Below the pieces are notes generated by a model. That model ran no database searches, was not told the origin of the DNA, and saw nothing but the letters and a program-made list of their open reading frames with translations. 64,000 nucleotides of DNA from the human T2T-CHM13v2.0 reference genome, Homo sapiens. Shown piece by piece: positions 13,681-35,449 of this stretch (position 1 is its first letter; each line of letters starts with the position of its first letter). Location: the NCBI GenBank assembly GCA_009914755.4, contig CP086569.2, forward strand, positions 7,872,001-7,936,000, read 5' to 3'. A program made the translations under genes and the position numbers.

Positions 13681-16275
13681 TGTATTTATTTCTGCCACTG
13701 TGGAGAATCCAGAAGAATATAACTTCCAAAATGGGTGATTTCAATAAAAATTTTTTGGAGATTGATAGGTCAGGTTTACAAAAAGAAAACATTAAAAACA
13801 AGTCTTGAAAAATTAAGTAAACATTCTAATAGAAACATATCAACTTCTAAGTACTATAATTAGAGAAAAACAATATTCCCAAACACAAATGAAACTTCAC
13901 TATTACCATTTTACATTTGGTCACATGATAGTATGTAAGCAAGTCTTAACAAATGTCAAATAATCACTGTCATAAACACCACAATTCTTTGACCTCATGC
14001 AATTAGGTTTAAGTAAGTTACAAATGATTTTTTTCAGTCACTGTTTACTGGAAAAATGAAAAATAAAAAACACACAAGAAAGCAGTTCTCATGAATCTTT
14101 TGGATCTATACATCAAAAGAATATTAAAATGTACTCACATATGTATAGAAAGATGTCTGTGTAAGATCTTACTGTTTTTCTTTGTTGTTGTAGCAAAAGC
14201 CTCGAAATGACATAGTTGTTCAACATGAAATAAGGAACTTCTTTAGTACAGTATTTTGCCTCCAGAAGATGGTATGTGATAGCTGTTAGTGTTATTAGAG
14301 AACAAATTTGCTCTTTGTTGATAAAGTAGGATTAGGATAAATAAGGTAGCTACAGAACAGCACATAGAGTATACACTCACTTTAACTTTAAAATTCTGTT
14401 TTTATATATATATCTGAGAAATTGAACAAACTTCTATTAGGGACAACTGCAGAATGCAAAATTATACATCTGGGCTCACGTACTCTGTTTTGTTGTCTAA
14501 TTTGTTTTTTTCATCTCCTCTATGCATTTACAACTTAAAAATACTATTTAAAATGTAGAATGAATCAAAGAAACCCAGTCTAAAAGTACATCTTCTAAAA
14601 TGTTGTCAAATGGCTTTCAGATCCTTGCACAAGTGACTTTTTCCTTTGGTTTTAGCACTGGCATGTGCATTGGAATACTCTTCAATAAAATTCATCCTTG
14701 TGAAAGTATACCATATGGTGTCATCAGTAAATTACTGTAAAAAGGATAATTGGATTTTGAAACCATAATTCTCTGGACTAAAGACACTGGGTGCCATGGA
14801 AAGGAAAGGAGACACCTGGAAATGAGAAGGTAAGCTAAAGACACTGATACTTCCTAGGTCTGACAACAAAATTTCAGGTTGAGACTTCACCGAATGATCT
14901 TAAAATTCTTGAAAGATTTCCTGCAGGCCCTATTTCTCCAGATAAGAATGTCAAGCTCTGCAATATTCTTCATTGTAATACCTGGTCTGAAGGGAAAAAT
15001 GATTGAGGTTCTGGGGAAAGTGAATAGAGAACTCTGAGGAAAGCAATGGTTAACATAGTCCTCAAACTTAAAAGCACCAAATTTACATAAGCATAATTTT
15101 TTAAAAGCCAGCATAATTTTAATTTTATTATAGTCATCACCTGCAGACACTGTTTATTTTGGGGAAGTGAATACAGAAATCTGAAAAATCAAAGCCTGAT
15201 GAGAATACTTAAATTAAGCACACTCCAGATGCCCAAATCTGAAAAGCAAAGGTGTTTCTCATATAACAGCCCAAATTCTGCATTTCTTCTCTATTGGGCA
15301 GTGTAATATTGCACATATGAAAAACAAATGGAGCATTAAGTAAAAAATAATGTATTAAGAGGAGTCATTGCTTAGTGAGTGAAAAACGACACACAAATAC
15401 ATTGAGAAGAAAAGGAAGACAGTGATAAAAAATATACTATTGATTTATATCAGAATAATTTTTATTTTGTTTATTGCCATTAAATAGTACCATTACAATA
15501 ATACAATTTTGTATATTGACTTCTGACATGTGTGTGATTTTTATTTTGTGTATTTGGAAACCTGATCAAGGTTTTTTTAGATATTTCATTTTTTTCCCAA
15601 ATTTGCTACCTAATAGGTACCTAATGCTAGTTGCCTGAATACCTCTCACTAAGTCGTTTGTCTTTTCCTATTACTTTTAATATGAACTTGGTGTGTATTT
15701 CGTTGGCATCTTTACTAAATCTACCGGTGTTGAAGTTGTTCAGAATTCAGTCTTGGATCCTCTTGGGTTTTCTCAAGGCTAAAACACCCTTTCTATGCCG
15801 ACCATTAAGAAATTGCCAACTTCAGGCCAGATCTTTGTTCTACCTTCAGACTTGGCATATCCAACTGCATGCCTTACATCTCCACATACCAAACCAGACC
15901 TTCTTTTCATCCCCAAAACATGTTTCCTCTTACAGTATTCCACTATTTCAGAAATTCACAGCACCAGATACCCTTTATTTCAAGCTAGAAATGTAGAGGA
16001 TGATCCTTGAGGCAGCCTCTTCTCAATGACTCTTCATCATTTACATCCAACACTTCACAGGTTGTGTGTCCTCTACAAAAATTATATAGTCTTAGTAAAT
16101 AAAGACGGGCCCCTAAACAACCTTCAATCATCCACTTTTTTTTTTTCAATTCATGTCGTTTTCTTTATGGAACAGCTGGAGTTCTGCAAAGTCAATGTTG
16201 GAATAAGTACCATTCTCTGCCAGTATTACTATTTTCTTTATCACGAGATAAATGTTCCTCAAAAATGCCCACACA

Positions 16276-16616
<341 letters not shown>

Positions 16617-19600
16617 CTAAGTAACAAAATTAAATAACGTCTTTCTTTTATAGAAAAGTGTAAGGCAAACAGAATCAATTGTTATTATATGATCTTTATA
16701 ACTACACACACAGGTACTAGATATTTTAGACCCCACTTCATACATCTGAAATTTGGGTCTCAAAATAGTTAGCTTATCTTAAAGTCTAATGTCATTTTAC
16801 AGAACTGCCTCTTTCCACAATATTGTGCTATCTCCCTTTAAGAACCAGCTGGGGAATCATTAAGAATAAAAAATGTCATTTTCTTGAACATCTCCAAGGT
16901 GAGCCAAAAATCTAAATTTTCTGTGGCGATGTTGTCATGTGCAATTTCACCAAAACTTTTACAAATTTAACCACAGTTATGCCTCAGTGGCCTACCCGTT
17001 TATCCAATACCCGCACACCTGCTTTAACACAGAAAAATTTGGAAGTTAATACAAGTATTAACTCTTATCATTATAGACACTGACATCTGAAGATGCTTTC
17101 CGATCTTCCATGAATATGTGAAATACAAAATGTCAGTAGTCTCCAAAATGTGAACGTAATCTTAGTAGAAGTGGATCATCTACAGAAGGTAATTTTGCCA
17201 CAGTGGTCAAATATTTTTGTTAAATACTCCTGTTTTACAGACATGCATAGCATTAACTGACACACAGTGTATAGCTAGAAACATGTTCTTAAGGAAAATG
17301 TTCAGAAACAGATTTCTTACTTTTTTGCTAAATTGCAAACTAACAGGTTAATAACTGCTGTGAAGTGCTAGATAGTTGGAGTAGTATTTACCAAGAATGA
17401 GAAAGAAGATAGGGGCATATGATTGAGAAGGTGGGAGTGAGGAAAAGAAAAGGTATTTATTCCTGACTCCTCACTTGATGTTGTTTATTTTCATTTTGTT
17501 GTTGTTATTGTTTTACTTTATCTTATGTGTCAGACCAGAGTTTCACAAACATCCCCAAATAATTACGTGGGTCATAAAAATATATCCAGATACTTCTCGT
17601 TATTTTCCTTCAAAATCCTGGTTCAATCATTTGAAATGAGACCTGGAGAACCAGTAATTCTATCAAGTATGATAAGTGATTGTTACCAAAATGACTATTG
17701 TGAAATATTTAGAAAACCATGCAGGAGCTAGGTAATCAACATGTAATAATTGGTTCTTACTGTAGGATAAAGGATTTTATTGAAATGACTATTCAAATTT
17801 AGGTTTTATGAAAAAGAAAACTTGAGCACTTTAGTGCTTTCTAATTAGTATGTTTAAAATACCTTTTGCTAAAGTGGCAATTTTTTTTTTTCATTAGAAG
17901 TTAGCATTATGGCCACAAATGCCTTCTGAGTTAGCTTTTTGAAAATCTTCAGATCCTAAATTCTAAAAATTATCTTGGGGGTTTATAAAACTCCAGAAAA
18001 CCACTAAGAAAAATATACATAAAAATACCAGTATCCAAAACATCAAAATAACTCTTACAAGTAGATAAGAAAATATGTAGACAATCTAGCCCAGTAGAAG
18101 AAAGCAGGACAGGTAAATAAATCCATTTTAGAAAAGAGGAAAGTCACATGACCAATGAAGAATGGGTAGATGCTTGAGCTCATTAGTAATCTGGGCGTAT
18201 CAATCAAAACCACATTATGTTCCAACTTTTGTTCATTAGCTTGGCAACAAAATAATAATACCAAGTGTAGTCAAGGGTGTAAGGAATGGTAATTTGGTTC
18301 CATCAATCACAGGACTATCTAATGATATTTGGTGAAATTAGGGTGACTAAAACTTTTATTGCTCCAATGGAAACTTTTTTTAGAATAAAGAGTAAAAACA
18401 TATACAAAATTATTTAATATTTATTATATGATTTCCTTACAGGCAATTTTTTTATTATATCAATGAATCTATAAAATAGTTATCTTCTAACTATTTTTGA
18501 AAATTAAATCCCTTCAAAAATTTAAAACCACAATTACATATCTTGAGGCAAAGTAGAAAAATAACTTCTTTATATTTATTATTTAAATATTAAAAATAGT
18601 AGGCAGAATAATTATTCTAGAACATATTTATATGAATTAATCTGTTTCTTAACAATAATTATCTGTAGTTCTTTTCTGGAAAATGCATGTGTTTTAATAT
18701 TATATTGATTTTTAAATAAAGTTACTTGCAAGCTTTTCCAAAGTTGCTTCTTCTTGTCACCAATAAAAGTTATTTTAGCTTTTTAAGTGAAGTTTAAATA
18801 AATTTATCATATTCAATGTTTTTTTTCTGGCACAATAATATATCCACAGCTTTATTTTGGACCCAATGATTGATTAAATATTCAAAACACTTTTTAATGT
18901 AATTTACCTCTTTGAAACATCTAAATGGCATTATTCAACTCTTGTAATTTCTTCTGGAGCTAATGGAGCTAACATGTTAACAATTACTGATGCATATTTC
19001 TTAAGTGTAGGAAAATTGGAATTAAAAATATACACAATTGATTTTAAAAAATTGTAATGTGATGTAAATAAAAAGCCAAGCATCTCGGAATTATATGCTT
19101 AATTTTTCCAAATTCACATAATAAACCTGTGAAAATGTCATCTTCAGGCATAGTTTTCTTAATGTAACTAAGTATTACCTTTTGAAATAGCAGCTGCTTT
19201 TTCCCCTCAGACCTCTATATTCTGGATTTCGGGATATCACTTTTAGCCTTGTGGTCCCAACATAGACTACCAGACTTTATGATTACACCATGTGTTTATT
19301 GACACTTTTCAACCTATAATCTGATTGAAAGGGAAACTGAGTAGTTTAATTAAATATCTACTTGCATTTTTAGGCCATTGCTGCTGAAACAGAGTTTTTT
19401 TAAAAATAGTCATTAGCAAACAGGCCATAAGTAAATAGTTGTAGGTATATGAGAGATGACAAAAACACTATGGCCAGACCAATTAACTACTCTCTGTGTG
19501 CTCAGCTTCTATTTCCAGCACAAAATTTACATATATGTACCTATTATTTCCTTCATTTTCCCCAAACCCGCCATATGATGACCTGGCAGTGTCACGTAAG

Positions 19601-20899
19601 TGAGCCACATAGAAAAAAGCAAAACAAAACAAAAAACTACATCAAATACTTCTTCCGTCACCAGGCAAGATTGGAAGAAACTAGCCTTTTCTAGCCAATA
19701 CTGACTCAGTGCATATTGATTTATTATCAAGCACTCTGCTGCATGCTGTCCTTGAAAAAGAAGCATTATCTATGTTTCGTATAAACTGTGTTAGGAAAAT
19801 AAAGTTGATTTTCAGACTTATACCCCAAGTCATCATTCTGTTAATATTTTATTTTCTTCACATACTGATAGAGCCTTGACAATGGCTGTAATTATTAAAC
19901 AAAATGAGCATTTAACAAACACATGCTGGTCCTAATCAATGTAACTTATAATAATACTTCATTAAAAATGAAAAATCTAAGACATATGCTAAGCCAATTA
20001 GCATGGATGAACAATAGTTATAAAGTAGTAGCCCTAGAACCTAATGAGAACATTTTATCTCCTCAAAGTTAAAACTGTATGCACACTGTAGTTCAGCCAT
20101 TCTTCTAGTACATTCATTAGAAACTCTCACACATGTGTACTTAGAGGCATAAGGAAGGTTTTTCATTGTAACATTTCAATAAACACATCATGGAACATGA
20201 TGGAATTCAGTAGACTGAGAACTATGCCATCAATAATGGCAGCTCTCAACAAGAATGTTAACAAAAAAATGTGAAATAATGCATAGCTTATAATATTCAC
20301 ATAAACATCAAAAACTCACAAAACACCAGTATTGTTTAGAAATAAATATTTTAATAAATTTATGAAAAAATATGAAGGTAATACCAGGTTCATGATAATG
20401 GCACCTCTGGAAATGGAGAAAAACAAATGAACCTGATGGGGTGTATTCCAATTGCAACCAAAGGTAATGTAAATAGAACAAGGAATGTATTAATAGCTGT
20501 TATTTTTAAGTCAGGTTAAAATGATATTTATTATGTATATATTTTTTAATTTTACTCAAAAACAAAATAATTCTGTAATGAACAATATTCTGTATAAATT
20601 GCAATCACCTTGTGAAATAATTGCTTTAAAATTTCCCTGTCTCCATTGCCACTTTCAAGGAATTTAAAAAAAATAAAAATTGGAGAATATGGTGTCTTTC
20701 AAAGAAAAACATTTTACATATATAAGTATGAAATAAAATGTATTACCACCACATCACATTTTTGACTCATTATGCATGTAAAAATCATGTAGTGGAAAAA
20801 GAGAGAAGAACATAGCCAGAATTTGACCTATGAATAGAGGGAATAATTGTATGTTTATTTAAAATATCTTCTTAGGACATACAGGTGGCCAATAAATAT

Positions 20900-21690
20900 A
20901 AGAAAAGTGCTCAACATCACTGATCATCAGAGAAATGCAAATCAAAATCACAAGATACCATCTCATACCAGTCAGAATAACTATTATTATTAAAAAGCCA
21001 AAATAAAAAAAAAAATAAGGAAGGTGGGCAAGGCTGCAGAGGAAATTAAATACTTATACACTGGTGAAGAGAATGTTCAGCCACTGTGGAAAGCAGTTTG
21101 GGGATTTCTAAAAGAACTAACAATAGAACTACCATTCTACCCAGCAATCCTCTTACTGTGTATATGCTCAAACAAAAATAAATCATGAAAGCTACCAAAA
21201 AGACACAAGAATTCTCATATTCATCACCATAGCAAAGACATGGAATCAACCTAGGAGCACATCCATGGAGGGTGGGATAAAGAAATTGTGGTACATATGA
21301 ACCTGGAATAGAGTACAGCCAAAAAAAAAAGAACAAAATCATGTCCTTTGCAGCAATGTGGATGCAGCTGGAGGTCAATAACCTGAACATATTAATGCAG
21401 AAACAGAAAATCAAATATTGAATATTCTCATAAATAGGAGCTAAAACTTGGGTGCACATAGAAATAAAGATGAGAACAATAGACACTGGAGTCTTCAATG
21501 GAGGGACAGAGGGAGAGGGGCAGGGGCTGAAAACCTTCCTATTGGATACTAGGTTCACTATCTTGGTGATGGGATCAATAGAAGACTAAATGTCAGCCTC
21601 ACACAATGTACCTTTGTAACAAGCCTGCACATGTACTCTCTGAATCTATAATAAAAATGGAAATAAAAAATAAAATAAAAATATTATTAA
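20900..21690 (+). mobile_element. Older L1 (L1PB/L1MA-like) 3'-end fragment, plus orientation
   Basis: …catcagagaaatgcaaatcaaaatcacaagataccatctcataccagtcagaat… and …ttctacccagcaatcctcttactgtgtatatgctcaaac…atcaccatagcaaagacatggaatcaacctagg…cctttgcagcaatgtggatgcagctggag… are diverged L1 ORF2 C-terminus/3'UTR. The minus-strand 170-aa ORF here (21046-21558) is spurious. Confidence 0.8.
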
Positions 21691-23239
21691 AGGAAATAAT
21701 GTTACATTTTAGAATTGACATTATTGCAGTCATACATGATTTTAACATGCTGATAAAATCTATATAAGCTTTATGGAAACAGCAAATAGTCTCCTGACTG
21801 TCTTTAAAAGTATAAAAGATGGGATAGCCACCTTTATGCAAATTAACTAGACTTCAGTTGCACTAATTAAGAGAGCAACAGCTGAGTCAATCAAATGATA
21901 ATAGACAAGTTATAATTGATGTCAAAATTCTACGTTGTTATATACTGACTTTGAAATCACATCCCAAGTTGTATTCTACTTTGAGAAACATCACTCTACT
22001 AACATATAGAACAAAGATTGATTTTGCAGATTTGCATGATTTCAATGGAGCACATTTCATCTCCAAATATGATAAGCACTTTCCAATGCATAAAACACTG
22101 TTAGAAAAAACTGTCAGTCAGGCTAGACACACATTTCAAAGAGGTTTTGAGGTTGCAAATCACTAATTCCTCACACTCGTGTTACCATGATAATGTGAAA
22201 CACTTACATAGTGTTTCTTATCTTGAAAGAGCCTAGGAACTTTAATTAGTCCTTAGACTAACCAGTGAGAGAGTGATAAGAAGCCTCTTGAAGAGATCAT
22301 TAAAGTGTATAATTCACACTTGCTTAAATGTAATTCAGCATATGTGCATGTTGTGTTTTCCTAGCTTTCTATTTCAATCTTCAGAGAAATAATATTTATC
22401 TGTGAATATATGATGCATAGGCATTTATTATGAATAAAATTATGTAGACCGCACTCTTTCTGCCACTAAAAGCTAACAGATATATGTACATCCAGCACAC
22501 AGAAAAAACATCTGGTACATTCTGCTGTATTTTCTTTTCTTATTCAATTCATATCTCATCTTCAGGTATTTCAGAATGGACTTCATAGCTTTGAATAGGC
22601 TAAAACTTTTTAAATGAGGAATATACAATTCTCTGGTTAAATTTTATAACTACTTTAGTTTTTTGGAAAGTATATTAAAACTAAACATTCATAATTAGGC
22701 TGAATATAAAAGAATATCATATGTGAAAGCTTAACCCAAATGAAAGAATATTTAATATTCAATTTATAATTCTGTTCAGCAGGATTTCCTTCTCTGCAGG
22801 TACTGGCTACAGGGGTCTACCAAAACAAATCTATTTCTGCAGTGAATACCAACACTGGCTTATTCAGTATTCAGGAAAGATCTCTTTCAATCTGCAAAGC
22901 AGAATACAACTTTTCCTTGAGCAGGATAAATTCATATACAGTTTTATTGTTCAACTAAAATTTCAATACAAGTTAATCATTTTCCTTTTTATTACAAAGA
23001 AAATCTGGTTACTTTCTAATTACTTGCCCGAAATCTTTTTTCTATAACTATCTAAAATTACATAGACATACACATACGCATAAAAAGAAACAGTACAACT
23101 GGAAGACCAACCAATGTGTACATGTGTTCTGTTTTAAAAATCTTTCTACTGTACTATTTGCATTGAAGTTATAGTTGTAATTCAATCAATGACCTATTTT
23201 ATATGAGTGCCTAGGACATCACTGGAGAAAGTGTGTACA

Positions 23240-26020
<2,781 letters not shown>

Positions 26021-26023
26021 ATA

Positions 26024-30295
<4,272 letters not shown>

Positions 30296-31227
30296 TTATG
30301 GGAGCCTAGGAACCATGCCTCCAAGGGACCAGGTCTCTGTATTATAGAACAGTGTTGGGGAGAGGTGAGTGATGTATCTGTAGGCATACAAACCCAGGAC
30401 CTGATACAAAGGAGTACCAGAGACAAATATAGTATCAAAGGATCAAGGGAGAAGCAGTCTCAGGAACGTTTCATGCATGATATTTGTGAAAAGACCAAAA
30501 AGTAAAACAGAGCTTATGTGGTAGTAAACATAACAAGAACATAAAGAAAAGCAGGCAAAATCATAAAGTTCATATTATTTACCTTCCCTTTATAGGATTT
30601 TGAAAATCCCTTCCAGAATCCTTTTCCCAAATATCTTCCATTCATGGATTCATTCAAGAAATATTTATTGAGCTAGTATGGTCTAAGAATTGGGCAGATG
30701 ACATCATGTGCACTGTTAGTACATCTATCATTGTTAGAAAGAATGTTTCTTTTTGTCTACAGTGTTTCCCTCCCAAACATGCTTCATGCAAATTGGAATC
30801 CTTACAGATGGGGTCAATTGTTTCTACCCTAAGAAGTTTCCCAAAAGCCATGTAAACCCAGTTAAGAACTTCCTTCCTCTCCAACTAAGTTACTAAATTG
30901 TATCTATTGTAACACTTGTCAGAGTGCATTGCAATTATTGCTCTTCTCTTCATTCTCCAATTTTTAACCGTGACTATTTTGAAGGAAAAGTCTATAAACA
31001 CAATGGCTTGACATTTGTCAATATTTATGGTAAAAAAGATTATTAGATATTTATATATAATATTCTAACATATTTATCCTAATTTTTGGAAAACAATATA
31101 AACAATGTTCACTGCCCATTCCCCATGAACTGCTGAACTTTATGCTTTTAGAGCAATTATACAAACTTGCAAAAAACACCTGAAAGTGTTTTTATTTTGA
31201 TTTATTTTGTTTTGTTATATTGAATTA

Positions 31228-31480
31228 TTTTGTAGAGACAAAGTATTGTCCCTTGGCCCACGCTGAAGTGCAGTGTGCAATCACAGCTAACTACAACCTT
31301 GAACTTCTGAGTAAATAGAACAACAGATGTGTGCCATCATGCCCAATTTAATTAATTAATTAATTAGTTATATTTGTAATAGGTCTTGCTGTGTTGCCTG
31401 TGCTGGTCTCAAACTCTGGGCTTGAAAAAACCCTCCCTCCTCAGCCTCCCAAAGAGCTGGGATTCCAGGCATGAGCCACC
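31228..31480 (-). mobile_element. Old Alu (AluJ-like) in minus orientation, with (TTAA)n in the middle A-rich linker
   Basis: …gtagagacaaagtattgtcccttggcccacgctgaagtgcagtgtgcaatcacagctaactacaaccttgaacttctgag… then ttaattaattaattaatt…ggtcttgctgtgttgcctgtgctggtctcaaactctgggc…cctcagcctcccaaagagctgggattccaggcatgagccacc. Confidence 0.75.
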
Positions 31481-33705
31481 AGATCTCAAAGAGTAAATTT
31501 TAGATTTTAGAATATTGCAATATGTTACACTTAATTTCTTCTTTCAGTTGTGCATTTGCAGTGGCACTTGAGAATAATTATTTCTTATGGTGAGAGTGTG
31601 ATTACTTATACTGGGTCACCAAATTTAGAAATCTTTATTCTGTTTACTTAAACCCTAATAACAGATAGTCAAGTCAGCTGAAAGTCAAGTATGTGGGTGT
31701 TTTTGTTTTGAGGTTATGAAGACAAATGTAGAGAGATATTAAGAACCAAAGATATTTATTTTATATATATGCTAAAGCTTTATCCTTGCAGGTGAGGCAT
31801 CATACATGGTATGGATAGTTTTATAAAATACCCTGAAATACATACTTTAGTAAGCACGTTAGCACTTGCAATTTCCCAGGTTTGTTTTCATCAGGAGTTA
31901 ATGATGTATGGCACTTCTAGTAAGTAAGTGAATGTTTAAATTGCTCTGAGTTATTTTAATCATTGCTCAGCTTAACCATTTAAGTTATCAAAGATCTTTA
32001 TATCATAAATCATAAATGTGCAATATCATAAATGCTACACATTAAAAATTAACATGATTTATGTAACTAAAAGCTGCAATCTAATGTGATAATTTTCAGT
32101 AAGATGACAGCAGTAATTATGCTGAAAAATAGTCGTTCCTGTAGTTTGAGCCATTTCCACCTGGGGATTTCTCAGTCATAGACCAGATCTGGGCAACAGT
32201 GATTAACGTAATTGTTATTAATTAGAGATTTTGATACATCTAGTTGTGTTTAGATGTCAGTGCCTTGAAGAGAAGGGTTTGGCATATTAACCAGAAAGGG
32301 TGCATTGGACGAGATATTAAGAAACATATAGAATTGTTTTTCTTGTCCTCTATAACACAAAAGTTCAGTTAGAGACATAGAAACAATGAAACATTTCACA
32401 GCATGGCCTGTCATTTCACTGCACTTTTATTGTTTTAACCTTGTACAAAGTTCACTAAATATGCAAAGATAGGACTGTTATAGGACAAAAGTGGTGGAGT
32501 CAGAGGTCACAATCCACAGCAAGTTTATAGTCTCTGGTGGATGACACCCTGAGCTCTGAATTAGAGTGAGAATCAACTTTCAGGCTGCCAACAGGGGACA
32601 AGGAGAATGAAGCTATCAGCAGTTAACATATTGGATTAATTGAAATAAATGTTGACAGAGATTTTGTTGGCTTTACATCAAATTGAGTATAGTACTTCAA
32701 ATTGACTATTTGATAAGGTTAAACTTTTATCAAATTTCCCACATGTACAATTGAGGATTGATTAAAAGATTGCACAACCCATACATTGTGGGCATCTCAT
32801 TTAAATTTATATACACATATGCAACTTGCAGTGTGCAAATATGTGTCTATATCTAAATATATCTAAATCCATTGATGAACAGTTAGAAATTTAGAAATTA
32901 TTCTCCTATTTTACCATTCCTTTTCCTAGAATTTTATCACAAATATAATTTTTCCATCTCTTTGAAGCCTACTCTTTGGAGGCACGTAATGTGTGGCTAC
33001 AGTAAAGCTGTGAGATATCACAGTGTTTGTATCAGAGAAAACAATAACACTGGTGTTATAAAACCAGTGTTATTTCTCCTTTGTGAGGAGAAAGTTATAC
33101 ATCACATGACTACAAGTACAGAAGTATTATTTCATTGAAAGCTGAAACCAGTCAATACAATTAGTTTTTAATGTTTTATTTAAAATAATTTCAAAAGGAT
33201 TACTTGAGTAGAATGATGATATTGGCACTAAATAACGTTTAAAATTTTTCTTTAATTTTTTGATTATTTAAGATGTAAGTAAAATACTAAAAAGTACTGT
33301 AAAATGTAGTTTCATGATGCATTCTTTATGGTTTTTGTAAAATTAACAGCCTCAATGGAATTTTTTGACACAGAGATTTCATATATCATTTTATCATTAT
33401 GCTTTCACTTTATTACTTGCTTCTATGTCATAACTGACAGAAATAAAAAATATTTTTATTTACACTGTACAAAGCTTGCATTTTTGTTTATGGTTTCTTG
33501 TAAGAGAAAGTCACCAATAATGTTATCTATATAGAAAAATTTTGACAAGCCCCAAATTCTTATCTTTCTTTCCTTTTGAAGTTTCATATTTCAGTCTAAG
33601 TATGAGATGGAATTGACTGTGGAATCAAATTCTTTGATTTCACTGTAACTACTGAGTTTGTAATATAGTGTTACAAATGTATAGACTTTAAAGCTTGCCT
33701 TCTTT

Positions 33706-33760
33706 TTCTCATCCTTCTCCTCCTCCTCCTCCTTCTCTTCCTCCTCCTCCTCTTCCCTTT
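33706..33760. repeat. (CTC)n/(GAG)n trinucleotide repeat
   Basis: catccttctcctcctcctcctccttctcttcctcctcctcctcttccc. Confidence 0.9.
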
Positions 33761-34977
33761 GGACTTGTACATGTGATATCTGCAGTAATGTGCACCATTT
33801 CTGAAATAAGGTTGATGAAAGATACAAGCATAAATGAAATGCTTTATTTCTGTGAACCTTTAGGAACAGACAAGTAAAACTGAAAGACATTTATGATATG
33901 AATGTAGGTCCACAGTTTCTCACAGAAGTATAAGGGTGAAAATAAATTTTAAAATACATGCCTCATCCAAGACATGAGGTAGAAAAATGAAAAAAAAGAA
34001 TTTGACATAAAGAACAGTTTAAAAGTTATGATTATTTCTGGTGAGAGAAAGTAGCACTAAAAATCCTATTTTCCCTGTTTTAATTTATGAAACAATTACT
34101 GCATCTTAATGGCCATTTCAAACAGTGGGTGTGTCATCTTAGAATTTCTCTGAGACTCTTTTGTGAGAAATATAGTCTAATTTAGCTCTATAAACAATTG
34201 AATTAATCAATGAAATTATTATGACTGTAGTCTCACAATTTCATTATCCTTCCCTTTTTGGTTTTTACCTATTCTCTTTAAAATTCAAAAGCCCTATAAA
34301 GCATATGATAAATAATAATGACTGAAACAGTTGAAAAATAAAAACTGAGAGCAGACATATTTCAGGGTTTCCTTTATGAGAATGCTACACTAACCATGTG
34401 ATATACACATGGTATAAGTCACCGTGAGAAAATATTTGTTTAGCACTTGACAGTTTATACAGTGACAGCAAATATTATCATTTGACCTTCAAACAGATTT
34501 TCAAACTCATGTTTCATAAATGAGGAAAATGTGACTCAGTAATACAAATCAGAGCTGTTACATTTCTTTAGGAATATGTCAGTCAATAAAGCAAAGGCAT
34601 GAATTTTCTTCTGGAGGGAAGAGGAAGGCAACATTTATTAAAATATTGAGTGTTTTCTCTCTTTTTTCTTTGTTTTCATCATTTACTAATATTTTGTTTA
34701 TCAAAATTGTTACATTTCCTGTATTTGCCTGTTACAGCAAATACAGTGTTATCACACTCATTACTCCTCATTTTTCTCTGTGCCTGTAACAACTACACAC
34801 TCAGAAGAGCAAGGACCATGTTTTTCTGTGCTTCTTGCAGACTGCCAAGGCTTATCGTGGCATTTAGAAACTATCTGCAGAATGTTTGTGACATTTTCAT
34901 GTAAGTTACATTCTAGGCCACTTGATACTAATTTACTATTCAGTATTTGGGTTTGGAGAGCTATTTTTCCTTTCAAG

Positions 34978-35410
34978 TTTTTTTTTTTTTTTTGTCTTTT
35001 TTTATTATACTTTAAGTTCTGGGGTACATGTGCAGAACGTGCAGGTTTGTTACATAGAGATACTTGTGCCATATTGGTTTGCTGCACCCATCAACTCCTC
35101 AATTATATTAGGTATTTCTCCTGATGCTAACCCTCCCTGAGTTCCACTCCCCCTGACCAGCCTTGATGTGTGATGTTCCCTGCCCTGTGTCCACGTGTTC
35201 TCATTGTTCAACTCCCACTTATGAGTGAGAATGTGCGATGTTTGGTTTTCTGTCCTTGTGATAGTTTGCTTACTTGATGGTTTCCAGCTTCTTCCATGAT
35301 CCTGCAATCACAATGAAATACAATCTCATGCCAGTTAGAATGGTGACATTAAAAAGTCAGGAAAAAACAGATACTTGAGAGGATGCAGATAAATAGGAAT
35401 GCCTTTAAGT
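34978..35410 (-). mobile_element. Short L1 3'-end fragment in minus orientation (poly-T 34978-34992, 3'UTR/ORF2 end to ~35300) abutting a 110-bp plus-orientation L1 ORF2 piece (35300-35410); probably another small twin-priming/inversion insertion
   Basis: tttttttttttttttgtctttttttattatactttaagttctggggtacatgtgcagaacgtgcaggtttgttacatagagatacttgtgccatattggtttgctgcacccatcaactc… is the reverse complement of the L1 3' terminus. 35310-35400 (atgccagttagaatggtgacattaaaaagtcaggaaaaaacagatacttgagaggatgcagataaataggaatgc) is the L1 ORF2 '[25 protein letters not shown]' region on the plus strand. Confidence 0.75.
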
Positions 35411-35449
35411 TTGTTTTTTTTTTTTTAAGTATATTTTAAGGATATAATT

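Noticed and set aside
21046-21558. 170-aa minus-strand ORF
   Set aside because: It is the antisense of an old L1 3'-end fragment and so a chance ORF.
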